64,000 nt of DNA. Origin: Methyloligellaceae bacterium (lineage in GTDB: Bacteria > Pseudomonadota > Alphaproteobacteria > Rhizobiales > CBDHHC01). The stretch spans positions 212,861-276,860 of the forward strand of contig CBDHHC010000016.1 in NCBI GenBank assembly GCA_965263345.1. The letters run 5' to 3'. Positions within the stretch are counted from its first letter, which is position 1; each line of letters opens with the position of its first letter. Below the pieces are notes generated by a model. The model saw only the letters and a program-made list of their open reading frames with translations. It ran no database searches and was not told where the DNA came from. Shown here piece by piece: positions 1-10,177 of the stretch. Position numbers and translations under genes: made by a program.

Positions 1-227
1 GAACCCACACGAACAGTCAATGATGGCCCAAATCCTAACTCACGTGAAACCCGAGCGCACAAATTATAATAATCGGTGTCATCAATCATCAGTTTGGCAT
101 CAACCGGAGAATCAGGATCAACACCGACTGATTGTAATAGCTCACGGCGCAAAGCATCATCACAGCCCTCAGCCGTCATAGCTACACCAACAACCTTGTG
201 TACAAAAAGTGTCGTAATCTGTCCCAT
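1..227 (-). CDS. 5'-partial hypothetical protein (N-terminal 75 aa; gene runs off window start); faint resemblance to AraC-type ligand-binding N-domain
   Basis: Minus-strand ATG at 225-227, open frame to position 1: MGQITTLFVHKVVGVAMTAEGCDDALRRELLQSVGVDPDSPVDAKLMIDDTDYYNLCARVSRELGFGPSLTVRVG. No clear SD. Confidence 0.25.
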   Translation of the reverse strand, partial: MGQITTLFVHKVVGVAMTAEGCDDALRRELLQSVGVDPDSPVDAKLMIDDTDYYNLCARVSRELGFGPSLTVRVG

Positions 228-313
228 GGAAGGATTTTAGCATATTCAATTATTCGATTAAAGACACTGAAAACCAAACCAGGTCTCCGCAACCTGGTTC
301 AGCCTTTTCCCCG

Positions 314-2362
314 CTATGCGGCATTCGCCTGATGTTCAGAGACAATCTGATCAGCAAGTTTACCGGTAATTTCTGCAAGATGATCATATTTAGCAGTATA
401 AGTTCCAACCCCAGCTGTCACAGAACGCAAATCAACAATAAGGTCCTGTAACTCTGCTTCAGGAATAAAAGCAACAACCCGCTCCCAACCAGACCAGTCT
501 TCTTTGGTATTAAATTCCAGGATCTGTCCACGCCTAGAGGAAATTATACCGTTAATCTTAGTTGTCGCATCACTTGGAATAGACACATCTACTTTCATAA
601 TTGGCTCAAGTAAGACTGGCGCGCATTGCGGCATGCCTTTCGACATTGCAAGGCGACCAGCTGTACGAAACGCCTGATCAGAAGAATCAACATTATGATA
701 AGAACCGTCAATCAAAGTAACCGAAACATCAACCACCGGAAAACCAAGTGGCCCAACATCAAGATAATCTTTCACCCCCACCTCAACGGAAGGGATATAT
801 TGCCGTGGCACCACGCCCCCCGTTATCGTCTCTGTAAATGAAAACCCGGCATCTCTGGGTAAAGGAGCAATATGTATCAATACGTCACCAAACTGCCCAT
901 GTCCTCCTGATTGCTTTTTATGCTTACCACGAACTTCAACAGATTTACGTATCGTTTCTTTATATGGAATCGTGCGCTTATATATATCCGCACGGACACC
1001 ATATTTCCCAACCAGCCGTTCCAGGGCAACTTTAAGATGAATATCCCCCTGACCACAAAGCACCATTTCAGCTAAATCCTGCTTGTGTTCCAAATAAAGC
1101 GATGGATCTTCATCTACAAGCTTATGTAAAGCGGACGTCAGCTTTACTTCATCTCTGCGCTCCTTCGCGGTAACGGCAACACCATAAACAGGATCAGGCG
1201 GATGAGGGACGCTAATGTGAAAATCAACATGAGATGGCTCTAAATGGAGTGTCTGACCTGTTCCAACATTATCGAGCTTCCCAAAAGCTACTGTCGCCCC
1301 ACAATGAGCTTCAGAGATCTTTTTTGTTTTCGTTCCATCATACCCTAAAATACCAGATATTTTATGTTCTTGCTTATTTGAATAGACCAGAGAATTATCC
1401 AAATATTTTCCCGATAAGATACGAGCAATTGAGAGTTTGCCAGCATGACTTGTATGATATGTTTTAAGAACCTGTGCACAAGATCCTCTATCCGGCATAT
1501 CTAATCGTTTTGCAGTTTCCTCAACCAATGGCGCTTCATGTCGTAAAGCTTTCAACAACCTCAAAATCCCATACCCCTTTGAAGCTGACCCCAACAAAAC
1601 CGGACAAATCAGGCTTTGTTGTAAATCTTCAGTTAAATCGTCAAAAACCTGATTTCGTGGGGGGTCTATATCCTCAAGCAATTGTTCCATCAATTCATCA
1701 TCATGGTCAGCGAGCTGCTCAAGCATGGAGAACCGCGCCTCAAGCTTCCTCTCTCTGACATCATCCGGTAACTCGGTAAGCTTGCTTTCTTCATGCCTGC
1801 GATACATAAAGGCACGTTCCAACGCAAGATCAACAAAACCAGTCACAGAACCATCATCCCATATCGGGATCTGCCGGAGCACAAGCGGTTTTTCACTGGC
1901 TGTCTGTAAAAGATTTAATACATCTCGAATTCGCCCATGTGTTTCATCAACTTTATTAAGAAAAATAAAATGAGGGATATTTCTGTCTTCAAGCTGTTTT
2001 AAAAGAACCTGCAGGGACGGTATTTTCTTCTCATCAGCTTCACAAATAACAACGGCTGCGTCACATCCCGTAACAACAGCCGTTGTATCATATTGAAATT
2101 CTATGGATCCAGGGCAATCAATAAAAGTAAACTCGTCTCCCAGAAAAGAAACAGAGGCAATATTGGGCTCCACGCTCATTCCTCTATTTTTGGCTTCAGG
2201 CGAGGTATCAACAAATTCAAACCCACTCGAGGCGGCGCCAGATCTCTTGACCGTATCCGTTCGGGCCAGGATCTCTTCCAGAAGAGATGTCTTCCCACTT
2301 TGGTAAGGGCCAACCAGCGCAATACAACGACGGCGAACAGGGGTGGTGTTGGATTGCCCCAT
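314..2362 (-). CDS. EF-G-like translational GTPase (elongation factor G paralog)
   Basis: 682 aa. G1 GPYQSGKT, G3 DCPG, G4 NKVD. Length and downstream domain order typical of the EF-G family, but N-terminus unlike canonical FusA. Confidence 0.75.
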   Translation of the reverse strand: MGQSNTTPVRRRCIALVGPYQSGKTSLLEEILARTDTVKRSGAASSGFEFVDTSPEAKNRGMSVEPNIASVSFLGDEFTFIDCPGSIEFQYDTTAVVTGCDAAVVICEADEKKIPSLQVLLKQLEDRNIPHFIFLNKVDETHGRIRDVLNLLQTASEKPLVLRQIPIWDDGSVTGFVDLALERAFMYRRHEESKLTELPDDVRERKLEARFSMLEQLADHDDELMEQLLEDIDPPRNQVFDDLTEDLQQSLICPVLLGSASKGYGILRLLKALRHEAPLVEETAKRLDMPDRGSCAQVLKTYHTSHAGKLSIARILSGKYLDNSLVYSNKQEHKISGILGYDGTKTKKISEAHCGATVAFGKLDNVGTGQTLHLEPSHVDFHISVPHPPDPVYGVAVTAKERRDEVKLTSALHKLVDEDPSLYLEHKQDLAEMVLCGQGDIHLKVALERLVGKYGVRADIYKRTIPYKETIRKSVEVRGKHKKQSGGHGQFGDVLIHIAPLPRDAGFSFTETITGGVVPRQYIPSVEVGVKDYLDVGPLGFPVVDVSVTLIDGSYHNVDSSDQAFRTAGRLAMSKGMPQCAPVLLEPIMKVDVSIPSDATTKINGIISSRRGQILEFNTKEDWSGWERVVAFIPEAELQDLIVDLRSVTAGVGTYTAKYDHLAEITGKLADQIVSEHQANAA

Positions 2363-2602
2363 AATTTCCTCCTTTTTGTCTGAAATTTACTTAATGCCGT
2401 AGTCTCCTTTTGGATGATTATTCGCGACAATCTTAAAAACTCTATGATGTCCTTCTGAACTATAAAGAGCAAGAGGTCAAAACAATATATTAGTCGAAAG
2501 GATGAATAAGGTTAGGGAAAAGAAGGGATAATATCAAAATCGCAGATTATATATTTCATTGTAAAACAAACAAAATGTTTCAAATATTTACTTTTTCAGA
2601 CC

Positions 2603-3376
2603 TCACTCCCCCTGCTCCTCAGCCCAAACACGACGTTTTCCTGATATACTCTTATGTCGTTTCTGTTCTTTCTCAATTTTTGCTAACTCTTTCTGATATT
2701 CAAGATGTGCCTGCATCGCATCACGAGCCTCATGACTATCTTTATTTTCTATAGCATTCAGGATAATGTTATGCTGATCAATCAATTCTGCCCAAGTCGC
2801 AGGATCCTGGCTGCCCAACCGATGGCTTCTCTCAATTCCATCCTTTAACAAGTCCTGTAAAATTCTGGCAATTTGAATCATCACTACATTGCCCGCTATA
2901 TCTACGATAAGCATATGAAATTCAATATCAGCCTCAGCAGCTAAAATAAGGTCTCCCTTCTCAAGCGCATTTTGTAATCTTTCATGAATTACGTGTAGCT
3001 GATTGATATCATCCTTAGTAGCTTTTTTAGCCGCATCTGCCGCACAAGCACCTTCCAAGACAATTCTAAAATTCAAATAATCATAGATTGTATCAGGAGC
3101 ACTCTGTAAAACCCGTACAAGCGGATCCGCAAGAGAAGACCCAATAGTCTCAGAAACCCTTAACCGTGCACCATGTTGTGAAATCAATAAACCCTCTGAA
3201 ATAAGAGCTTGTAAAGCTGATCGCAGCGAAGTTCGTGATATGCCCATCCGACTTGCCAAGTCACGCTCTCCAGGCAGTAAATCGCCTGGGCTTAAAATAT
3301 CCAATGCAATCAATTCACGAATCTGAGCGGCAGCAGCTTCCGAGAGATTTGGAGCTTTAACAGATGAAAAAGGCAT
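2603..3376 (-). CDS. GntR/FadR-family transcriptional regulator (LldR/PdhR-like)
   Basis: wHTH ...ISRTSLRSALQALISEGLL then helical FCD-like C-domain. Start trimmed to ATG at 3374-3376 (MPFSS...); the longer ORF would overlap lldD. Divergent from lldD. Confidence 0.7.
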   Translation of the reverse strand: MPFSSVKAPNLSEAAAAQIRELIALDILSPGDLLPGERDLASRMGISRTSLRSALQALISEGLLISQHGARLRVSETIGSSLADPLVRVLQSAPDTIYDYLNFRIVLEGACAADAAKKATKDDINQLHVIHERLQNALEKGDLILAAEADIEFHMLIVDIAGNVVMIQIARILQDLLKDGIERSHRLGSQDPATWAELIDQHNIILNAIENKDSHEARDAMQAHLEYQKELAKIEKEQKRHKSISGKRRVWAEEQGE

Positions 3377-3488
3377 ACGACTTTCCGATAGTTGATTTAA
3401 GGCTCTACATATGGTATGACCATCATACCATAAATTGGTACTACCAGAATACCAATAAACCTCGCAAAAGTAAATATGGGAACACAAC

Positions 3489-4646
3489 ATGGGACTCAAT
3501 AACTGTCACAACTTTCAGGATTTTCGTAAATTGGCAAAACGCCGTCTGCCAGGACCAATTTTCCATTATATTGATGGGGCGGCAGATGATGAGGTAACTT
3601 ACCGCCGAAATACTGAGGCCTATGACCAATTTGATCTGGTCCCTAATGTTCTAGCTGGCGTTGAAAATATTGATATGAGCGTCACTGTTATGGGCCAAAA
3701 ACTTGATATGCCCTTATATTGTGCTCCAACAGCCCTACAAAGATTATTCCATCATGATGGAGAACGCGCCGTCGCAAAAGCCGCTCAGAAATACGGGACG
3801 ATGTTTGGCATATCATCACTCAGCACTGTAAGTTGTGAAGAAGTGAGTGAAATAACCTCCACCCCGAAAATGTTTCAGTTCTATTTCCATAAAGACAGGG
3901 GCTTAAATGATGCCCTTCTAGAACGTGCAAAAGCGGCCAACTTTAATGTCATGGCTCTAACAGTTGACACCATCACTGGAGGCAATCGTGAACGGGATTT
4001 AAGAACTGGATTTACATCTCCACCAAAACTAACGCTCCAAAGCTTGCTAAGTTTTGCAGTTCACCCGGCATGGGCGATCAACTATTTTACGCATCCCAAA
4101 TTTGACTTGCCCCACCTCTCAACTCATGTGAGTGCAGGAACCAATATCGCTACCTCAATTGGAGATTATTTTTCTTCTATGCTGGACCAATCCATGAATT
4201 GGAAAGACGCTGAAAACCTATGCGCCAAATGGAACGGCCAATTTGCCCTCAAAGGCATTATGAGTGTGGAAGATGCAAAACGTGCTGTCGATATTGGCTG
4301 CACGGGTATAATGGTATCAAACCATGGTGGCAGACAACTTGATGGTTCAAGAAGTCCATTTGATCAATTGGCTGAAATTGTAGACGCTGTTGGTGATAAA
4401 ATTGATGTTATCTGCGAAGGAGGCATCCAACGTGGTACTCATGTTCTCAAAGCACTTTCATTAGGTGCAAAAGCATGTTCTGGAGGACGACTATATCTTT
4501 ACGCTCTGGCAGGAGCAGGCCAGGCAGGTGTTGAAAAAGCATTAAGCAACATGCGGACTGAAATTGAGCGTGGTATGAAATTAATGGGCGTTACAAGTGT
4601 AGATCAACTCACAAGGGATAATCTACGTTTTAAGAACATATATTAG
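3489..4646 (+). CDS. lldD: FMN-dependent L-lactate dehydrogenase (alpha-hydroxy-acid oxidase family)
   Basis: 385 aa. N-terminus RLPGPIFHYIDGAADDEVTYRRN and TIM-barrel FMN motifs (SNHGGRQLDG) typical of LldD/glycolate oxidase. Confidence 0.85.
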   Translation: MGLNNCHNFQDFRKLAKRRLPGPIFHYIDGAADDEVTYRRNTEAYDQFDLVPNVLAGVENIDMSVTVMGQKLDMPLYCAPTALQRLFHHDGERAVAKAAQKYGTMFGISSLSTVSCEEVSEITSTPKMFQFYFHKDRGLNDALLERAKAANFNVMALTVDTITGGNRERDLRTGFTSPPKLTLQSLLSFAVHPAWAINYFTHPKFDLPHLSTHVSAGTNIATSIGDYFSSMLDQSMNWKDAENLCAKWNGQFALKGIMSVEDAKRAVDIGCTGIMVSNHGGRQLDGSRSPFDQLAEIVDAVGDKIDVICEGGIQRGTHVLKALSLGAKACSGGRLYLYALAGAGQAGVEKALSNMRTEIERGMKLMGVTSVDQLTRDNLRFKNIY

Positions 4647-4654
4647 CATCATAA

Positions 4655-4685
4655 GAACAATTTATATTGCGAGGAAGACTAAATC
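4655..4685. terminator. Bidirectional hairpin between convergent lldD and the 194-aa gene
   Basis: Perfect 9-bp inverted repeat tattgcgag...ctcgcaata with 13-nt loop in the 71-bp convergent gap. Confidence 0.35.
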
Positions 4686-4717
4686 TCTCGCAATATCAAA
4701 TAATGAAACAAAGCCAG

Positions 4718-5302
4718 TTAAACGTCTTCCTCAACTGGCACAATAACTCCATAAGCCTTGTTGTTCTTAACCTTTAAAATCCAACGATCTTCTTCATCTT
4801 CGCCAAAAGCTTTCATTTCACCATTTAACACATGACTTTGTAAAAAAGGGAGCTCAGATTTGGCCTTAGGGTCATCACCAATAAAATGATCAATTAAATA
4901 CTGCATCCATTCAAGAGAATAGTAAAACTTTTCCAAACCATCCCAAACGATATAATGACCATCATCCGTTGGCATAAACTGGCACCATTTGCTTGGTTGG
5001 CCATCTGGTGGGGAACCATCGTCAATGATCTCTTTTTGGGCACCGCTCTCTAACTCATATCCCCAAAAAGACCAAAACTGAATATAGATCTTAGAAATCA
5101 TTTCTGTTAAAAAATTTCTTTTTTGTAAGAAATAATAAGCTTCACTATGTTTGCGTTTTATATGTGCAACGCCACAAAAAAATTTAAGAAACTTAATTTC
5201 TTCTTTATTAAGAGGTGGCGAGATTTTCACCTTACCTTCAAATGTTGTTGTATATCCCATAATTATACTTTCAAGAAAAAAAATTATTTCGTTTCTAGCC
5301 AA
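4718..5302 (-). CDS. Hypothetical cytoplasmic protein (194 aa), second gene of a 2-gene operon
   Basis: Long ORF, 19-nt overlap with upstream gene. No recognisable motifs. Confidence 0.5.
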   Translation of the reverse strand: MARNEIIFFLESIIMGYTTTFEGKVKISPPLNKEEIKFLKFFCGVAHIKRKHSEAYYFLQKRNFLTEMISKIYIQFWSFWGYELESGAQKEIIDDGSPPDGQPSKWCQFMPTDDGHYIVWDGLEKFYYSLEWMQYLIDHFIGDDPKAKSELPFLQSHVLNGEMKAFGEDEEDRWILKVKNNKAYGVIVPVEEDV

Positions 5303-6105
5303 ATAAATTTTGGATAGTGAACCCCAAGCTTAATGTTCAAAGGCTCAAGCTCATTTTCGTAAATACAAATCATCCACGGAAAACCCGATTCGGTATTCGT
5401 AAAGGCAAAGCGTAAACCATTTCCCTTTTGCTTCATAAGATCACCAACTTGTTCAAAAACTGACCAAGACAGGAATTTTGTTGGTAAGAAGCACTCTTGT
5501 CCATCTTCATAAAATGTAAGGTTACGATCTAGTGTTAACTCAGGATCATATGCAGTCAATAATTGATTAATGTCATCTAAAGTTAGAGCACCATCTGACA
5601 TCTTTACCATCCTTTTAAGAATGGAATTGAAACCTAATTCGTTGCGAGCTGAAGTTTTTGGAATAATCTCCAACCTTGAATAAAACTGCTCTAAGGGGTT
5701 ATCTCTTAAATCAGGTGATAAATAGTGCCTGAACTCATTCAGGCCTGTTATAATATGGTAAAAGTTAAGCTTTATGCCACCATCAGTACCCCAAAGCCCT
5801 GTCTTATCTAGATGTTCATGAAATTGGTGTAGATCAAATTGATCCATATTAACAATTTTATATGACGCTAAAATATCGAAAATACGATCAAACTCTTCGT
5901 GTATATCTTGGGGTACTGGGATGACTCTGTTCGGAAGAGCAGCATCTACTCTTTTTTGATTTTCAATTTTCTCTTTTTTTATTCTTTTAGAAACGCGTTT
6001 AGAATCATAAATAAGGTAAATAACCAAAAAAGAGAGGACAATTACTGTCAAAATAGTTTTGAACCAATATTCATTTGGAATTATACTTTCTATCATTTCC
6101 CCCAC
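5284..6105 (-). CDS. Hypothetical membrane-anchored protein (273 aa, single N-terminal TM)
   Basis: N-terminal hydrophobic helix FKTILTVIVLSFLVIYLIY followed by K/E-rich segment. No recognised domain. Confidence 0.5.
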   Translation of the reverse strand: MGEMIESIIPNEYWFKTILTVIVLSFLVIYLIYDSKRVSKRIKKEKIENQKRVDAALPNRVIPVPQDIHEEFDRIFDILASYKIVNMDQFDLHQFHEHLDKTGLWGTDGGIKLNFYHIITGLNEFRHYLSPDLRDNPLEQFYSRLEIIPKTSARNELGFNSILKRMVKMSDGALTLDDINQLLTAYDPELTLDRNLTFYEDGQECFLPTKFLSWSVFEQVGDLMKQKGNGLRFAFTNTESGFPWMICIYENELEPLNIKLGVHYPKFIWLETK

Positions 6106-6289
6106 CCAGCGGATCTAAGGATTTCACTTTATCCGACTATTAAACCAACCAATAGCCTTCTTCAATACCTCTACCCCCCGTTAAAAAAAAGCCATTTCCA
6201 TATGATATTATTAAAAAAAATATTTGAACTTTATCCGGTGCCATTACGACAGCATTTATAGCAACTACAAAAAATATGGAGCACAGTAT

Positions 6290-7057
6290 ATGTTTGATCG
6301 CTTTTTCAAAAAAACAAATAACTCTCTCAAATTCGCCTCAATACCCTTTGGTGCACTCATAATCGCAGCAACAAGCCTGACAATTTTTCCCAATAAAGCT
6401 GAAGCAAATGAAGCTGCATGCTTTAATTTTGTACAAAATAATATTCCTTGGAATTATGGGGGAAGTACCAAATGGGCATCGGGTAATGTAAAAAACTTAT
6501 GTAAGGGCACATCAAAAGCTGCCGAACCTGGTCGTTGCTTTGACCGTGTCATGCATGGCAACATCAGCTATGGATCAGGAAACAGATGGCAGTGGAAAAA
6601 CGCACTGAACTTATGTCAGGGTACAAATAATGCGAATGCAACAATTTCCTGTTTCTCTGGAAAAATCGCGAGCGGTCTTGCTTGGCCTGCCGCAATTAAT
6701 GCCTGTAAAAAAGTCCCTATCATTATCACGATAGGAACATCAGCTGCAGAAAATGCATGCTTTAGTTTTGTGCAAAATAATATTCCTTGGAACTATGGAG
6801 GAAGCACACGTTGGGCCTCAGGTAATGTCAAAAACCTCTGCAAAGGCACAACAAAATCAGCTGAACCAGGACGTTGCTTTGACCGCATCATGCATGGAAA
6901 CATCAGCTATGGAACAGGATCAAAATGGAAATGGCAAAATGCCCTTAAACTCTGCAAAGGGACAAGCAATGCAAATGCAACGATCTCTTGTTTCTCTGGA
7001 AAAATATCAAGTGGCCAACCATGGCCTGCAGCAATAAACAGCTGTAAAGCAAGTTAA
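6290..7057 (+). CDS. Secreted Cys-rich protein built of two ~100-aa internal repeats
   Basis: Start set at ATG 6290 (MFDRFF...signal peptide ...AEA). Two tandem modules ACF(N/S)FVQNNIPWNYGGST(K/R)WASGNVKNLCKGT...ATISCFSGKI...PAAIN(A/S)CK, 6 Cys each. Confidence 0.65.
   Translation: MFDRFFKKTNNSLKFASIPFGALIIAATSLTIFPNKAEANEAACFNFVQNNIPWNYGGSTKWASGNVKNLCKGTSKAAEPGRCFDRVMHGNISYGSGNRWQWKNALNLCQGTNNANATISCFSGKIASGLAWPAAINACKKVPIIITIGTSAAENACFSFVQNNIPWNYGGSTRWASGNVKNLCKGTTKSAEPGRCFDRIMHGNISYGTGSKWKWQNALKLCKGTSNANATISCFSGKISSGQPWPAAINSCKAS
6413..7049 (+). repeat. Intragenic tandem duplication (2 x ~299 bp, ~80% nt identity) separated by 39-bp linker
   Basis: Units 6413-6711 and 6751-7049 align codon-for-codon; most differences are synonymous or conservative. 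Confidence 0.8.
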
Positions 7058-7105
7058 ATAAAAAAACAGGAAGGCATAGTGATTATGCCTTCCTGAATTC
7101 AAATA

Positions 7106-7630
7106 CTATAGAGGTGCAGGAGAACCTTTATACTGTGGAATTGGACTTTTTGAAGCCGCTTTACCTTCTAGACCTGAGATCCAGTTTTTATCAGCTTTTT
7201 TGATATTTCCAGAAATATCCTTTTCCCAGAAACCAACAACTGCTGAAGTGATATTCAAGTAAAGCTTCCCATCAATAATTCGCCATAAATTAGGATTAGC
7301 AGGAACTTTACCACCTTGTGCAGCACCATAAGCACAATGACCATTATAAGCCGGAGCATATTTTGCAGGGTCAGCTACAAACTTGTCACGATTTTCAGCT
7401 GTAGAGAAGGCCCACTTAGCACCGTTATAGTCAGCAGTAAAAGACTTTTTACCAGCAACAGGAGCAGGCTGAGCTTTACCAACCTCATTTTGCTTTAAAC
7501 CATGGTAAGCAACCACATCATAACCACTTACCGCGAAGCCAGTTTTATCAATATACTGCTCACCAGCAACTGCTGATGTTGTAAAAAATGCAAAAACAAT
7601 TGCAAAAAGAGCTGCAAAATTCTGTCTCAT
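7106..7630 (-). CDS. Periplasmic YHS-domain protein
   Basis: Signal peptide. GYDVVAYH...ENRDKFVADPAKYAP...NGHCAYG pattern as in rhizobial periplasmic YHS-domain proteins. Confidence 0.5.
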   Translation of the reverse strand: MRQNFAALFAIVFAFFTTSAVAGEQYIDKTGFAVSGYDVVAYHGLKQNEVGKAQPAPVAGKKSFTADYNGAKWAFSTAENRDKFVADPAKYAPAYNGHCAYGAAQGGKVPANPNLWRIIDGKLYLNITSAVVGFWEKDISGNIKKADKNWISGLEGKAASKSPIPQYKGSPAPL

Positions 7631-7754
7631 ATCAACATTTCCTTTTCGTTGTATAAATTAAATCCGTGATAGTTGTAAAATAACAGACATTTTCAGAACT
7701 TTAAGACAACTTCAAGAAGGTGTGATCACTTGTGATGTGATATTGCAGAACAAT

Positions 7755-8714
7755 TTAAGAAAAAGAAGAAATATGTCCATCTTGTTCAGAATTTTTACGC
7801 TCGTCTTTATATGTCTTACGTATTTTACGAACACGGATATAATCGGAAATTGTTCGCCAAAGACTACTCGGTAGCCTGCTGTGACTCTTTAAAAGGTTAA
7901 TATCATGATGCAAGCCATATAAATTGCCTTTAGCAATGTTTTTTATAACAGAACGAAAGATCAGATAATTCAGAGCATCTCTATAAGATGTCTCGAAAGT
8001 TGGATGGCGATCCACAATATCCATTAATGCTGAAATATAACCTTTATGGTGAGAAGCAATTCCATCATCCGACCAGGATTTCTCCCATAAAACGTCACTA
8101 ATAAGAACACACCCATACTTATGGCACAAACGTAACAGCAACTCTCTGTCCTGGATTCGTCTTAAATCAATATCGAATTGCTTATCTTCAGAGAGTATGG
8201 AACGTTTAATTGTCAAACCACTAGTGCTTGGATCAATAACATAATAATGCAACATCCTCATAAACTCAGGAGGTGTTAATGTCTTTGAAGCATGGTGAAA
8301 AAAGGAAACTCTATTAGATTTTACACGTTTATGCGAAGAGATAAAAATAACTTCCGTTGGAAATTTGCTAATTTCTTGGTTAAGGCAAAATAACTTGTTT
8401 TCTAAAAAAATATCATCAGAGTCTAAAAAACTAATATAATCGCCACGAGCAGAGTTAATGCCAGTATTGCGTGCAGCATTTGCGCCAGAACGCTTTTCAT
8501 GAAGAACATACCGTATACGTTCATCACCCAAACTCTCAATACTTTCCTTGGTATTGTCGGTTGAACCATCATCAACAACCACAATTTCGAAATCTATAAA
8601 AGTCTGATTTAAAACACTATTGATAGCATTGAGAACACTCTTTTCCCTATTATATGTCGGAATCACAACAGAAAATAATGGAGTTCTATCAACATTTTGT
8701 TCTGGACCACCCAT
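7755..8714 (-). CDS. Family-2 glycosyltransferase
   Basis: FSVVIPTYNRE...VVDDGSTDNT...DSDD motif set (GT-A, DXD). Confidence 0.8.
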   Translation of the reverse strand: MGGPEQNVDRTPLFSVVIPTYNREKSVLNAINSVLNQTFIDFEIVVVDDGSTDNTKESIESLGDERIRYVLHEKRSGANAARNTGINSARGDYISFLDSDDIFLENKLFCLNQEISKFPTEVIFISSHKRVKSNRVSFFHHASKTLTPPEFMRMLHYYVIDPSTSGLTIKRSILSEDKQFDIDLRRIQDRELLLRLCHKYGCVLISDVLWEKSWSDDGIASHHKGYISALMDIVDRHPTFETSYRDALNYLIFRSVIKNIAKGNLYGLHHDINLLKSHSRLPSSLWRTISDYIRVRKIRKTYKDERKNSEQDGHISSFS

Positions 8715-9036
8715 GCCAAAGACCCTACTCGTAACAAATAGAATAAATACATGAAATCAATCATGCAAGATTTATGTGTTACAATAACTTATGGCGATAT
8801 TCTGACAATAAAAATTAATAAAAAATTGAATGATACTTAATACACAAAATTATGGAATTGACAAAATTATAACTTCGAAATGCCTAAATCTTCTGTCTTC
8901 ATTTAAAAATGCGGATTTTGAGGGAAAATTGCTCCTGGAAAACCTGTTTATGATGTAAACTTCATCTAGAAGAGCTTTAAATAAACAGTTAGCCTAGTAC
9001 ATAGTATTACTGATTATATTTAAACTGTTTTTTTAT

Positions 9037-10017
9037 TTGAAAAGAAAAGTGACAGAGTTGACTTTGATTAAAGAAGTACGAAAGTTAAGGTTAAAAATAA
9101 CATCTATACTACAGTTAACTATTTTATCTTGCTTCCTGGTCTCATGCGCAAGCTTACCACAAATATCCCCCCCTGTAGGCCATACCTCACACATTAAAGT
9201 AACAACAAAAAATGGCCCTATTAAAATTTTTGTGAGGGATGAAGGCCATGGAGACCCAATATTATTACTTCATGGATTTGGCGCAAATATTTTCACATGG
9301 CGTTACATCTATCCAGATTTAAGTAAAAAATATCGCGTTATTGCAATAGACATGAAAGGCTTTGGAGAGTCCGATAAACCAAATGACAAAGAATATTCGG
9401 CATTTGATCAAGCAAAAATAGTACTTAATCTAATTAAAAAGTTAAAGCTGAATAATGTAACTCTCGTAGGACACTCTTTTGGAGGAAGCGTTGCCCTTGC
9501 AACCGTTCTGACAGCGAAAACAAAAAAAAGAATAAAGCGTCTTATAATTATGGACGGCTTGGCATATGAGCAACCAATTCCATTTTTCTTAAAGGTAATT
9601 CGCACCCCAATCATCTCGGATTTGGGAATGGCAATAGTCCCCCCAGAAGTACATGCCAGAGCATCATTATCTTACTCGTATCAAAACCAAAGCCGTATCA
9701 CAGACGAAGCAATATCTAATTATGCCAAACCATACTATTCACTAGACAGTATGCGAGCAGCCAGACAGACTGCAAAACAACTGGTACCAAAGGATTTATC
9801 AAACTACACTAGACTTTATCACAAGATAAAGATGCCAACCCTTCTTATTTGGTGCCGCCATGACAGGGTTATTCCTCTTATCAATGGCTTTAAACTGCAC
9901 AGCAACTTACCAAACTCAAGTTTAGAAGTTATCGGTGATTGCGGTCACATCCCGCATGAAGAGGCCCCAACCGAAACCGTCAATTCCATTTTAAGCTTCT
10001 TAAAAGAAAAATCTTAG
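9037..10017 (+). CDS. Alpha/beta-hydrolase-fold lipoprotein
   Basis: TTG start in track (alternative GTG/TTG starts nearby). Lipobox-like LVSC. HGFGAN oxyanion region, nucleophile elbow GHSFGG, C-terminal His. Confidence 0.75.
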   Translation: MKRKVTELTLIKEVRKLRLKITSILQLTILSCFLVSCASLPQISPPVGHTSHIKVTTKNGPIKIFVRDEGHGDPILLLHGFGANIFTWRYIYPDLSKKYRVIAIDMKGFGESDKPNDKEYSAFDQAKIVLNLIKKLKLNNVTLVGHSFGGSVALATVLTAKTKKRIKRLIIMDGLAYEQPIPFFLKVIRTPIISDLGMAIVPPEVHARASLSYSYQNQSRITDEAISNYAKPYYSLDSMRAARQTAKQLVPKDLSNYTRLYHKIKMPTLLIWCRHDRVIPLINGFKLHSNLPNSSLEVIGDCGHIPHEEAPTETVNSILSFLKEKS

Positions 10018-10177
10018 TACAGATAGAAAAACTATAGAAAACATTAGTTTCAATAAATTATTCCTAGAATTATTTTCCTAAAAACAAGACAATAATGCAA
10101 TAAACAGTGTTAAATCTCATATTTCTGCCTAACTTATTTTGTCTCATATAAACCTGCAAGGGCCAAATAACAGATAG

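Noticed and set aside
2176-2472. 98-aa minus ORF and 2093-2383 plus ORFs
   Set aside because: Overlap the EF-G-like gene start region. No SD. Shadow ORFs.
6413-7049. Possible CRISPR-like or satellite tandem repeat
   Set aside because: Only two ~299-bp units, divergent, and maintaining an open reading frame with conserved Cys spacing. It is an intragenic protein-domain duplication, not a CRISPR or satellite.
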